A program made the translations under genes and the position numbers. A stretch of DNA of 64,000 nucleotides from Minisyncoccota bacterium. Its GTDB lineage: Bacteria > Patescibacteriota > Minisyncoccia > UBA6257 > 1-14-0-10-44-23. Each line of letters begins with the position of its first letter. Position 1 is the stretch's first letter. The notes beneath the pieces are model-generated. The model saw only the letters and a program-made list of their open reading frames with translations, was not told the origin of the DNA and did no database searches. Below are positions 10,036 through 18,457 of this stretch, in pieces. The stretch lies in NCBI GenBank assembly GCA_041389085.1, contig JAWKSL010000001.1, positions 102,765 to 166,764 on the forward strand, written 5' to 3'.

Positions 10036-10410
10036 ATGACAGCGCTTCAGTCGAACTGCGTCAGCGGCATGCTCCACTCGCGAGGATGGTGGGTTGCGAA
10101 GATGAATGGCAACACCATCCTTCTTCGCGTCGTGCCCAACACGCGCGGAGAGGTGGCCAAGCGGCACTCGATCGGCTTCGATCGCGAAGATCGACATGAC
10201 CTGGTCGCCTGTGGTGCCTATTGCACCAGTGGGCTGGTGACGGAACGTGAGGCCATCAACAAGTTGGTGAGCAAGCTCGTCCGGGACAGGGTCAGTCTGA
10301 CCTTGAGCGACCTCTCCTTCGAGGACTTCTCGGGCGCAGCTCTGTTCGCGCACGACCACAGCATGCCCGCGGAGGTCATCGAAGCCTTGCGCAGTCGCGC
10401 AGTGGCCTGA
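10036..10410 (+). CDS. hypothetical protein (GC-rich island B)
   Basis: GGGAGG 6 nt upstream of ATG; TTGACT -35-like at 9961; terminator follows. Confidence 0.45.
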   Translation: MTALQSNCVSGMLHSRGWWVAKMNGNTILLRVVPNTRGEVAKRHSIGFDREDRHDLVACGAYCTSGLVTEREAINKLVSKLVRDRVSLTLSDLSFEDFSGAALFAHDHSMPAEVIEALRSRAVA

Positions 10411-10433
10411 GCAACGCGACACAACACGCAAGA

Positions 10434-10470
10434 GAGCCGGTACCCTTCGGGGTAGCGGCTCCTCTTTTTT
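10434..10470 (+). terminator. intrinsic terminator (shared by convergent Kef gene)
   Basis: gagccggtacccttcggggtagcggctc + ctctttttt. Confidence 0.65.
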
Positions 10471-12172
10471 AATTAATAGCTTTTTCCAGTCGCGCTTCTA
10501 TGTTTTTTATATGCTTTTCTTTGAGCGCGCTCAGCTCTGAACTGTCTTTGTGAAACTGCCGCACTATGTGGCGACCATACTTTGCACTTATCGCATGCGG
10601 TATGAGTACGTAGTCTGCGCCCTTTTCGTATAAATGCTTTGCTTGAGCGAGCGTGTCAGCTACGAGCACAACAAATATTTTTTTATCTAGCTCTTTTACA
10701 TAGCGGAGTAAAAGAAGGTTTGCTTCTTTGCTCGGGATGGTGGAGATAACTATGTTTGCCTCGTCGAGTCCAAGCTCTGCAAGAAACTCTACGTCTTCCA
10801 TGTCGCCGTAGCGGTTTTTTATCCCTTGCTGGTTTAGGTTTGCCACCTCCTTTGGGTTGAAATCTACAACGAGCAATTCTTTTTCAAGCCTCTTCACTCC
10901 GCGCGCTATTTCTGAACCCATGCGGCCGTGACCGAAGATAACAACTTCGGCTGCTTTGTCTTTCCGCCGCTTCTCTGTTTTCTTTTTTGAGCGCCAGTCG
11001 AAGAAGCGGAGGTAGTTTTCTAGGTATGGATAAATCTTGTGTGCGTAGAGAATGAAATAGGTAGAGCCTGCGATAGTAAAGAGTCCTACGAGCGTAATGA
11101 TAGAAACTACTTCTTGGTTTATGTGCCCTACGCTTAGTCCAAGCCCAGCAAGGATAAGAGAAAATTCACTGATTTGCGCAACGGTGAGTCCGGCAAAGAA
11201 ACTTGGGCGCTTTCTGTAGCCAAGAAGAGTCATAAGGATAAAGACGATGAGCGGGTTTCCGATGAGTACGAAGAGTGAAAGAATTATCGCTGGCACCATG
11301 AGCGCACCGATACTTTCGATAACCATCTGCGATCCAAGGAATACGAAAAAGAGTACGAGAAAAAAGTCGCGGAGCGGTTTGAGGCGAGAGCTCATTTCGT
11401 ATGCAAACGGAGCGATAGACATAAGTACTCCGGCAAGAAGTGCCCCTATCTCTATCGAAAAGCCGATGAGGTAAAACACTGTAGCGATACTAAGCCCCCA
11501 TGCGAGTGTGCTGAGAAACAGAAGCTCTTGAGAAGAAGCAAAGAAGTTTCCGAAGCGTGGCAGCACAAAACGCACGAGAAGATAAAGGGCAAAACAAACA
11601 ACCAAGAGCTTACCCATGAGCAAAAGCAGCGTACCTGCAACTCCTTCGCCTGCGCTTGCGCTGATGGCTGATACGACTACAAGAATGAGCGTAGCGATTA
11701 TGTCTTGGATAAGTAGGAACCCGATGGAAATTTTCCCGTAAAGCTTGTGTAAGTCTCCCCTGTCGGAAAGGAGCTTGAGGATTATGATGGTAGAGCTAAA
11801 AGTAAGCGCTATCGCGATATATATAGAAGGTGTTGTCGCGAAGCCGAGGGCTCGGGCTATCGCGTAGCCGATAGCTGAAGTGAAAAGCACCTGCCCGGTA
11901 CCCGCTATTAGAGAAACTTTTCCTACTTCTTTTATAACTTCGGGGCTCAGGTGCACTCCAACGATGAAGAGCAAAATAGCTATTCCAACTTTTGAAAATA
12001 CTTCAAAGGCTTCATGCGACTGGAGAATGTTTAGAAAGTAAGGCCCGGCGAGAATACCGGCGAGAATGTAGCCAACTACAAGCGGCTGCTTAAACAGGCG
12101 CATAATAACGGCGAAGACTGCGGCAACTATCAGTACTGCTGTAAGTTCTACGAATATTGTCATTCGCTTCAT
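10469..12172 (-). CDS. Kef-type K+/H+ antiporter with C-terminal RCK (TrkA-N) domain
   Basis: multi-TM CPA2 core; Rossmann motif VIFGHGRMGSEIA; start set at MKRMTIF (12172), the ORF-track extension runs into a GC-rich island. Confidence 0.8.
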   Translation of the reverse strand: MKRMTIFVELTAVLIVAAVFAVIMRLFKQPLVVGYILAGILAGPYFLNILQSHEAFEVFSKVGIAILLFIVGVHLSPEVIKEVGKVSLIAGTGQVLFTSAIGYAIARALGFATTPSIYIAIALTFSSTIIILKLLSDRGDLHKLYGKISIGFLLIQDIIATLILVVVSAISASAGEGVAGTLLLLMGKLLVVCFALYLLVRFVLPRFGNFFASSQELLFLSTLAWGLSIATVFYLIGFSIEIGALLAGVLMSIAPFAYEMSSRLKPLRDFFLVLFFVFLGSQMVIESIGALMVPAIILSLFVLIGNPLIVFILMTLLGYRKRPSFFAGLTVAQISEFSLILAGLGLSVGHINQEVVSIITLVGLFTIAGSTYFILYAHKIYPYLENYLRFFDWRSKKKTEKRRKDKAAEVVIFGHGRMGSEIARGVKRLEKELLVVDFNPKEVANLNQQGIKNRYGDMEDVEFLAELGLDEANIVISTIPSKEANLLLLRYVKELDKKIFVVLVADTLAQAKHLYEKGADYVLIPHAISAKYGRHIVRQFHKDSSELSALKEKHIKNIEARLEKAIN

Positions 12173-12189
12173 TATAGCAAAACGGCGCG

Positions 12190-12435
12190 TCATCTCTGAT
12201 CGCACCGCTTGATGGTGAGCGAGGAGCCACGGTCTCTTATTTGCGCTCGCCTTCCAGCGGCGCTCCAAAGAGCAGTCTCCTCGTCGTCGGTTATCTTGCG
12301 CACCGTATCGCCATCCAACACCTTCCCCGTAAGTTCAGGGTTTGGGTCGTGTGGGTTTTTGAGCGCGATGACCGCTTCGGCAAACAGGTAGTACTGTCGC
12401 CCGTACATTGTCTTGACCTGGAAGCGGGGCTTCAT
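12190..12435 (-). CDS. small hypothetical protein (island C), translationally coupled to upstream gene
   Basis: ATGA overlap with stop of 12432..12647. Confidence 0.4.
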   Translation of the reverse strand: MKPRFQVKTMYGRQYYLFAEAVIALKNPHDPNPELTGKVLDGDTVRKITDDEETALWSAAGRRAQIRDRGSSLTIKRCDQR

Positions 12436-12647
12436 CGGGGCTCGCGCGGAACCTTCACCTTGAAGGTTCTCCCGTCCGGGCCCTTGTACACAGCCCAATC
12501 ATGGCTGGGCCGCTCAGGTGCATCGACCCTGGTGTCTACCAGGGGCCAGTGGACTGTGTATAGCTTGGTCGCCTTGGCGATGATGCTCTCGTCCCTCTCT
12601 TCCTTTATGCCCTCCAGCTCGCCCCATGCAAGTCGGTAGTGTGACAT
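12432..12647 (-). CDS. small hypothetical protein (island C)
   Basis: AAGGAGG 4 nt upstream of ATG. Confidence 0.45.
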   Translation of the reverse strand: MSHYRLAWGELEGIKEERDESIIAKATKLYTVHWPLVDTRVDAPERPSHDWAVYKGPDGRTFKVKVPREPR

Positions 12648-12673
12648 GTTCCTCCTTTCGTGAGGATTTATTT

Positions 12674-12701
12674 AAAATACTGATTTTTACAGATTTGTCA
12701 A
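12674..12701 (-). promoter_or_regulatory. promoter-like TTGACA-16-TATTTT for 12647 gene
   Basis: minus-strand TTGACA (12696-12701) and -10-like (12674-12679). Confidence 0.3.
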
Positions 12702-12740
12702 ATATAGAAAGAGCGACCACGGCCTTGCGGCGTATGGTCG

Positions 12741-12938
12741 CTACTCGCTGATCAGGATTGGTACAGTGTACCGCTCCTTTTGAGGAGTCTTGAAAATCCT
12801 CAGGCGCTCGGTCAACCCTACTCCTGTCTTGGTGATGACCATCATCCTTCTACCAAGCGCTTCGATGCCTACCTGCTTGTCGCACGGCAAGACGTGTCGA
12901 GCTTCGCGCATGGGCAGCTGTTCGATGTTTTTCTTCAC
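12741..12938 (-). CDS. small hypothetical protein (island C)
   Basis: GTG start with GGAGG upstream; hairpin terminator 12710-12740. Confidence 0.35.
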   Translation of the reverse strand: MKKNIEQLPMREARHVLPCDKQVGIEALGRRMMVITKTGVGLTERLRIFKTPQKERYTVPILISE

Positions 12939-13040
12939 AGCACCTCCACTTATATTTTCTAACTATTTTCCATCTTGTCAATTTTGACTTCGATACGAAA
13001 TTTGCTCATGCTTAGTGTAGTTCCTGACTGGAGGTGACGT

Positions 13041-13835
13041 TTGAGAAAGATCCTCGCCATTTTCCTTTTCGCATTTGTTGGCTGCAAGGCTGCAATGCGC
13101 CCTACTGCGACGCGCGGTGACGCGCTTGCAGAGCTCAATCAGTACACGCTTCAGAGCATCGTGAACTTGCAACAGTTCATCGATACTCGTGTGCTGCTTC
13201 AGTGCTACATGAACACCTATCAGGTGGTTTGCAAGGCCACTGATGGCGAACACGGCGGCTCTGGCGTTCTCTTCGTTTCTCGCGGGAAGTACTATGTGCT
13301 CACCGCTTCACACGTCGTGATGACCGAGCCGGATACCATCGCTTCTCTTCGCAGTCGACTTGGTGAGCCGGCAGTGCTCAATACTGCTACCAAGGTGCGC
13401 GGCACCATCACCGTCCACGACTACGCAGGCACCGAACTCTCTGCAAAGCTGGTTTACTGGCTGCGGCAGTTCGACCTTGCTCTGCTTCTCGTAGACGAGC
13501 CTGCGAAAGTTCGCTCTGAAACTGTCTGCCAGCTCACTATCGAAAACCCCGCCCTCAACGACCGGCTTTTCCTCTGTGGGCGACTCTGGAAGAATGGAGC
13601 CTTGGTGCGCGAAGCGCGTGTACACAAGCACAAGCCTCGCGTCACCATGAGCAGCAGCTTCCTGGCGCTCAACTTCATTGAGGTCAATGAGCGCATCATC
13701 CCTGGGTTTTCAGGCGGGCCCGTATTCACATCGGAGGGGCGTCTTGCCGGCATTGTCTGCTCCACAGACAACCTGCACGCCTACTTCACCCACCCGACCA
13801 GCATCGTAGCCCTCCTCGAGAAGTTCGATGTCTAG
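13041..13835 (+). CDS. trypsin-like serine protease lipoprotein (S1 family)
   Basis: lipobox LFAFVGC; His motif LTASHVV; Ser motif PGFSGGPVF (GDSGGP-like); TTG start with GGAGG. Confidence 0.6.
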   Translation: MRKILAIFLFAFVGCKAAMRPTATRGDALAELNQYTLQSIVNLQQFIDTRVLLQCYMNTYQVVCKATDGEHGGSGVLFVSRGKYYVLTASHVVMTEPDTIASLRSRLGEPAVLNTATKVRGTITVHDYAGTELSAKLVYWLRQFDLALLLVDEPAKVRSETVCQLTIENPALNDRLFLCGRLWKNGALVREARVHKHKPRVTMSSSFLALNFIEVNERIIPGFSGGPVFTSEGRLAGIVCSTDNLHAYFTHPTSIVALLEKFDV

Positions 13836-13844
13836 CTCGAGCTA

Positions 13845-13884
13845 GGCCCGGCAGCGAAAGTTGCCGGGCCTAAAGTCTTTTTAT
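13845..13884 (+). terminator. intrinsic terminator
   Basis: ggcccggcagcgaaagttgccgggcc + t-run. Confidence 0.65.
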
Positions 13885-13914
13885 TGATTGTTTTTGAAAA
13901 ATTTTGTACTGTTT

Positions 13915-14090
13915 GTGAGCTGAGCTTGGCTTTGGGTATGTGGTGCATGGGAACCCCCGCGCAGAGGCTTTGCCCCCGTACCACTCACCCTAGTCGATGG
14001 GCCCCATCCCGCAGGCTTGGGAACGTGAGTTGCCAAGCTCAGCCTTCGCACAGGCTCGCTCTTTAACCGGAGCGAGCCTGAACCATTTCT
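13915..14090 (+). ncRNA. candidate structured RNA element (unclassified)
   Basis: 12 bp perfect long-range stem gctgagcttggc/gccaagctcagc closing ~100 nt, plus hairpin ggctcgctc/gagcgagcc; no supported ORF. Confidence 0.2.
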
Positions 14091-14167
14091 ATCCTTGCTT
14101 TTCGCCTGCCTTTTTCATATTGTTTCTATAGAAACTTCACAACGGTCCATAACCCGAGGAGGGTGCA

Positions 14168-14761
14168 ATGCTTTACTCAGCTAAGGCTGTGGTTTTCGTA
14201 CTCGGGCTCCTAGCTCTCACTATCGCCACGTTTATCTGGTCGACCTCTCGCCTCGTTCAGCAACATCGTGACGTCTACGATGATGTCGCTCAGGAATCTG
14301 ATAGGCTATGCGCCGAACAACGAGCAATTCTCGTGGCCGCAATCCAAGCCAGCGCACCTTCCCCGGAGAAAGTCGCCGGGTTCGCCCGCAACGTTGATAC
14401 GGTGCATCGTAGAGAGCGTCAGCGGAGTAACAGCCTTGCTGCCAACTTCATCCGCTTCTACGCTAGCAACGATCCGTACAGTGTGTCTCTTGGATGGTCC
14501 AGCAAGATCTTCAAAGAAGAGCTTAAAGCTCTTCAGCTCTACAGCGAAAGCCCGCGTGCTTCTATCTTGACCAATCGCTACTTCGAAGACGAATCCTCCG
14601 AAACGGGTTGGTCTTTGGAATTCACCGAGTGGCATGACGGGCGCCTCAAAGCCGAGATGTTCAGCTTTCAAGGCGAGGCTCGAGTATTCCCTAGCCTTTC
14701 GGCCTTCGAGGCTCGCTTCGGCTCGCTCGAGTACTTGCTTGCTCGTAGTGTGCCAGAATGA
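14168..14761 (+). CDS. membrane-anchored hypothetical protein (island C)
   Basis: N-terminal TM helix; GGAGG 5 nt upstream. Confidence 0.5.
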   Translation: MLYSAKAVVFVLGLLALTIATFIWSTSRLVQQHRDVYDDVAQESDRLCAEQRAILVAAIQASAPSPEKVAGFARNVDTVHRRERQRSNSLAANFIRFYASNDPYSVSLGWSSKIFKEELKALQLYSESPRASILTNRYFEDESSETGWSLEFTEWHDGRLKAEMFSFQGEARVFPSLSAFEARFGSLEYLLARSVPE

Positions 14762-14772
14762 GCACCATCGCA

Positions 14773-14815
14773 AACAGCGCGCGTCCTTCGGGATTCGCGC
14801 TGTTGCTGTTTTTAA
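14773..14815 (+). terminator. intrinsic terminator
   Basis: aacagcgcgcg...cgcgctgtt stem + gctgttttt. Confidence 0.65.
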
Positions 14816-15366
14816 AATACTGTTTTTTCTTTTTTTGCGAGCTCGAGGATTTTTTCTAAGCGTTTCTTTTTCGTAGCTTCTTGCTTAGCGCTTAAGTACC
14901 AACGATATATTGGCCTCTTTTTTGAAGGAGAAAGTTTTTCGAAAAACTTTCTTGCTGTTTTATTTTTCTTGAGCGCAGCTGCAAGCTCTTTCGGCATGTT
15001 TGGGTTTTTAGGAATGCCTGCGTCGTGCGTAGGCTTCTTGAGCCCCTCTTTATAGAAGTGGAGGCCGCGCTCTGTCATCTTCCCTTCTTTCTTAAGCTGC
15101 TTGGCGTAGCTCAAGGTATTGTCAGACCACTTTGAGTTTTTGTTTCTTCTGCTGAAGTGGCGAATGTAGCGGTCTTCGTCTATGCGCTTTATCGTTGTAT
15201 CTATCCAGCCAAAGCAAATAGCCTCAAACATAACTTCCTTGTGAGTTGGAAAGCTTTTGCCTGTATGCTTTTTGTGAATGATGAGCGCAACCTTCTCTTC
15301 CTTGTCGTGGTTTTTCTCAAGCCACTTTCGAAAATCTTCTGCGCTAAATACTTCAAACTCCTTCAT
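14812..15366 (-). CDS. YdeI/OmpD-associated family protein
   Basis: Lys-rich ~185 aa with FGWIDT motif, matches YdeI family pattern. Confidence 0.65.
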   Translation of the reverse strand: MKEFEVFSAEDFRKWLEKNHDKEEKVALIIHKKHTGKSFPTHKEVMFEAICFGWIDTTIKRIDEDRYIRHFSRRNKNSKWSDNTLSYAKQLKKEGKMTERGLHFYKEGLKKPTHDAGIPKNPNMPKELAAALKKNKTARKFFEKLSPSKKRPIYRWYLSAKQEATKKKRLEKILELAKKEKTVF

Positions 15367-15426
15367 ACCTTAACTATATCAAAAATGTTTGCGGCGCCCT
15401 TTGTTTGGGGCGCCGCGCGCTGTGTC

Positions 15427-15639
15427 TCAGTCGAAGGTCTCGGCTGAGTGTGGAATGCCTCCCGGGAAGATTTTACCCACCTCCTTCTGCCGGGCCTTTT
15501 CTTGCGCCTCCCTGATCTTTTTGTGCTCTCTCCAGAGCGGACAGAGAGCCGCTTGCCCGGGTGTGTAGGGCATGATTGCACCACAAGTCTCGCAGTGCTT
15601 GGCGTGTGTTCCGGGCATTCGCGCCTCCTTGGGTTGCAC
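15427..15639 (-). CDS. small zinc-ribbon-like protein (island D)
   Basis: CETCG ... C pattern; hairpin terminator 15393-15418. Confidence 0.35.
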   Translation of the reverse strand: MQPKEARMPGTHAKHCETCGAIMPYTPGQAALCPLWREHKKIREAQEKARQKEVGKIFPGGIPHSAETFD

Positions 15640-15723
15640 GAAATCGTGCTCTTTTAGCCTACCCTACACTCCTCCCAAAAATCAAACAGCCCTGCACCGA
15701 ACGTGGTGCAGGGCTGCGCTGGG

Positions 15724-16467
15724 CTAGCGGATGAGGCTGTTGTACTGAAGCACGTGGGCCACCATCGCTGAGAGCTGGCTTACGCCGTGTTCGTTGGGGT
15801 GAACGCCGTCGAGCCAGAGGGTTGAGCCCAAGTTGAAGCGCTTGCCGGCGAGCTTTTGACACCCGCCCCTGCTCGCAGCTATCGCGGAAGAGCTCATCGG
15901 GAAGTAGAAGACTCTTCCGGCGCGCTCCTTGCAGGTTTCTCTAACCTTGGCGTTGAAGCTATCTAGTTGGGCCTGCGTCGGGAACGTGACGCCGTAGAGC
16001 TTGAGCGCGGTGCTATCGGTCAAGTCAGGCACGTCGCCAAGGAGCACGGGGCAGTCGAAGTTTCGCGCAAACGACAAGCCTTGCTCGAAGCGCTCACCTC
16101 GCTCCTCGACTGGCCCGCGGTAGGCAAACCAGAAGAGAAAGTCGGTGGCAACGACCAGTGTAGGGTTGAGCGCCTTGGCAGAGCGGATCTGACTGTCGGC
16201 ACTTTCCACGAGCCTCTCGCTCATCTTGGCATCGGCGAAGTTGAAGACCTGGCAGTCTGGGCCCTGCAGGATCTTCTTCAGGTAGTGGTCGAGGGCTGGG
16301 GCCCACACGCCGCCTGCAGAAGAGCTTGCGCCGATGATGACGATGCGCTGCGTGGTACTGACCATGCAGGGCTCTACCGGCTCCTCCCTTCCTCCCGTAG
16401 ACAAGCAGCTCAGTAGGAGGGGCGCCATCAGAATGCAGAGGAGAAGTTTTCTAACCATGGGACGCAC
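15724..16467 (-). CDS. SGNH/GDSL hydrolase family lipoprotein
   Basis: lipobox LLLSCLS; block I IIGASSS; block V DGVHPN. Confidence 0.75.
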   Translation of the reverse strand: MRPMVRKLLLCILMAPLLLSCLSTGGREEPVEPCMVSTTQRIVIIGASSSAGGVWAPALDHYLKKILQGPDCQVFNFADAKMSERLVESADSQIRSAKALNPTLVVATDFLFWFAYRGPVEERGERFEQGLSFARNFDCPVLLGDVPDLTDSTALKLYGVTFPTQAQLDSFNAKVRETCKERAGRVFYFPMSSSAIAASRGGCQKLAGKRFNLGSTLWLDGVHPNEHGVSQLSAMVAHVLQYNSLIR

Positions 16468-16595
16468 CTCCGTTTTCTATCTCTTCACCATGAAGAGTTC
16501 TATATTTAGTTTACTCCTATCTAACAAATTCTCTAAATTTTACTTATCGGCTTTTATAAAATAGACTGACTCTACCATCGTTGAAAGGAGCAACC

Positions 16596-16844
16596 ATGCC
16601 TTGCGACCATAAGCCTAACTGCGATCAGGCCTTTTGCATGGAGTGCGGCAAAAAAAACCCCTCCTTCAATCGGGATGTGCACGGAGAATACGAGAAGTTT
16701 GTTGATATGCACTGCCTTCTCGGACACCCCTTCGCTGCGAAATTCGCCCTGGAAATGCAAAGGTGTGGCGAGGAGCCGCCGAACTTCTGCCCCGAATGTG
16801 GAGCAGCACTGACCGAGCAGTCACCGCAAGAGCCACTCAAATGA
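16596..16844 (+). CDS. small double zinc-ribbon protein, paralog 1
   Basis: AAAGGAG upstream; CMECGKKNP and CPECG motifs. Confidence 0.55.
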   Translation: MPCDHKPNCDQAFCMECGKKNPSFNRDVHGEYEKFVDMHCLLGHPFAAKFALEMQRCGEEPPNFCPECGAALTEQSPQEPLK

Positions 16845-16862
16845 GTGGCTCTGTTCTTTTTC
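16833..16862 (+). terminator. intrinsic terminator
   Basis: gagccactc-aaat-gagtggctc + t-run; stop codon in loop. Confidence 0.6.
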
Positions 16863-16919
16863 TTTACATATTTATTTCAATAGAATAGTATGGGCTCGTT
16901 AGTACTGGAGATACGACTA

Positions 16920-17156
16920 ATGCCCTGTTCCCACCCCCAACCCTCCAACGTAGCTTTCTGCACGGAGTGCGGCGAGAAAAACCCGTACTTCGACAGGAGG
17001 CTATTTCAGCAGATGCACCGAAACAACAAGAGCTACGAGGAAGCTCTTGGGGACTGCTTCGAAGGCCACTCTGCTACGCTTGAGGCGGCGCGCATCATCT
17101 TCGAAGGTGAAGATGTGCTGCGCTACTGCCCCGACTGCGGGACGGTGCTCACCTAG
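16920..17156 (+). CDS. small double zinc-ribbon protein, paralog 2
   Basis: tandem paralog (MPCSHPQ..FCTECGEKNP vs MPCDHKP..FCMECGKKNP); CPDCG. Confidence 0.55.
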   Translation: MPCSHPQPSNVAFCTECGEKNPYFDRRLFQQMHRNNKSYEEALGDCFEGHSATLEAARIIFEGEDVLRYCPDCGTVLT

Positions 17157-17164
17157 CAGGAAAC

Positions 17165-17197
17165 GCGAGAGCCACTCTGAGGAGTGGCTCTGTTTTT
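17165..17197 (+). terminator. intrinsic terminator (bidirectional)
   Basis: gagccactc-tgag-gagtggctc, same 9 bp stem as 16833 copy. Confidence 0.6.
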
Positions 17198-17646
17198 TAT
17201 TGACAAATATCTATTTTCATGTTTAAATATCTGTCGAACCTCAGAAGAAAGGACTCGCGGTTTGAGCAAGCTTGGCAGGCATTTGAAAACGTTTCTGGTA
17301 CCGGGTTGCACGGCGCTGTTATGCACTCTACCTGCACCTGCCCGCAGACTGGCTGGTACACTGCTGTGCAGGCGTCTACATTTCTTTGCTCTGGCTTGCA
17401 CTCTACTCCTGCTACTGGCGCAGGCTCTGGGTCTGCTTGTACTTGTGGACATTCTTCAAACTCACAGTTTGGGCCGGTGCAGCCAACTGCGCTACCGTCT
17501 GGGCATATCTTTGCCTCAAGAGTGCAGGCTGTGCCATCTGGCTCTTTATCTTCGTTTATTGGCGCTTCCATCTTTTCAGCAAACAAGTAGCTGTATGCTG
17601 CAAAAGCGAGCACAAGGGCTATAAGGGCGAGTAATATTTTTTTCAT
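17197..17646 (-). CDS. secreted Cys-rich protein with Kazal-like domain
   Basis: signal peptide; YQPVCG...C...ETFSNACQAC resembles Kazal-type inhibitor fold. Confidence 0.5.
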   Translation of the reverse strand: MKKILLALIALVLAFAAYSYLFAEKMEAPINEDKEPDGTACTLEAKICPDGSAVGCTGPNCEFEECPQVQADPEPAPVAGVECKPEQRNVDACTAVYQPVCGQVQVECITAPCNPVPETFSNACQACSNRESFLLRFDRYLNMKIDICQ

Positions 17647-17653
17647 ACTAAAA

Positions 17654-18193
17654 TTATACGTTATTTCTTAATTTCTTTCTGAGCTCTTTGTAGTTTGGGA
17701 TAGCTTTTTCTACGAGTGCCCAAAACTCTTTTGAATGGTTAAGTTCTTTAAGATGGCAAAGCTCGTGGACTACTATATAGTCTTGCAGCTCTTGAGGAAG
17801 CAACACTATGCGTGCGCTAAAGCTCATATTTCCTTTGTCTGAACAAGAACCCCAGCGAGTCTTTGGGTTTGTTACTGAAACTCTGTTGTACTGGTAGCCG
17901 TAGAGCTTGTTGAAGTGTGCGAGCCTTTCTTTTACCAGCTTTCTTGCAGCTTCTTTATTCTTTAAATACTGAGTTCGAGTAAAAGACTTTTCCGATACTG
18001 GCTTGAGTTTGCCGAGCTTTTTTACGTTTTTCTCTATCCAGCCTGCGTGAAGGCGCAAAAACTTTTCTATACTTCGCTGGCTTGCTCGTAGCGGCCCGCT
18101 TAATACAACTCTACCTCCTGGGTGTACCGTGAGGCGTAAATATTTTGAGCGCTTGGATTTGCGAATGGTAACTTCCTGCACTACTTCTTCCAA
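17654..18193 (-). CDS. YgjP-like metallopeptidase (DUF45/M48 family)
   Basis: WGSCS and HELCHL (HExxH) motifs. Confidence 0.8.
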   Translation of the reverse strand: MEEVVQEVTIRKSKRSKYLRLTVHPGGRVVLSGPLRASQRSIEKFLRLHAGWIEKNVKKLGKLKPVSEKSFTRTQYLKNKEAARKLVKERLAHFNKLYGYQYNRVSVTNPKTRWGSCSDKGNMSFSARIVLLPQELQDYIVVHELCHLKELNHSKEFWALVEKAIPNYKELRKKLRNNV

Positions 18194-18360
18194 TCTTTAA
18201 TAATAAGGGTTTTGCCTACCTGCTCTACTACAACCTGTTGACGCTCCTGCCAGCGCAGGTTGCGAATCATAGAGGCTGGCAGCGTAACCCCTATTGTTCG
18301 TTTCCCGCCAGTGCGGAAAAGCTTGCGAACGTTTTCATCTCCCAATTTTCTTCGAGCCAT
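18181..18360 (-). CDS. AbrB/MazE/SpoVT-family small DNA-binding protein (59 aa, below ORF-track cutoff)
   Basis: MARRKLGDENVRKLFRTGGKRTIGVTLPASMIRNLRW...: swapped-hairpin-like motif; overlaps YgjP gene start by 13 nt. Confidence 0.45.
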   Translation of the reverse strand: MARRKLGDENVRKLFRTGGKRTIGVTLPASMIRNLRWQERQQVVVEQVGKTLIIKDWKK

Positions 18361-18410
18361 ATTTTTCTTTGTTAATAATCTTTCTCTTAGTTTAACACTC
18401 TTCCCTCCTC

Positions 18411-18457
18411 TGCTCTAGAGCAAGCTCTATATTATGCTCTAGAGCATAATATAGAGC
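18411..18457. promoter_or_regulatory. operator-like palindromes: TGCTCTAGAGCA twice, second inside a 34 bp perfect palindrome
   Basis: 12-mer at 18411-18422 and 18435-18446; perfect palindrome gctctatattatgctctagagcataatatagagc 18424-18457. Confidence 0.5.

Noticed and set aside
10469-12268. N-terminal extension of the Kef antiporter ORF, and similar extensions of uvrC (to 31041), uvrA (to 34571), uvrB (to 38496), gyrB (to 61228)
   Set aside because: Extensions run into GC-rich islands or lack homology. Conserved N-termini begin at internal Met codons.
18411-18446. XbaI sites (TCTAGA) inside the palindromes as evidence of cloning/engineering
   Set aside because: TCTAGA is simply the centre of the 12 bp palindrome. 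No other vector-like sequence (prefix/suffix, multiple cloning sites) is present.
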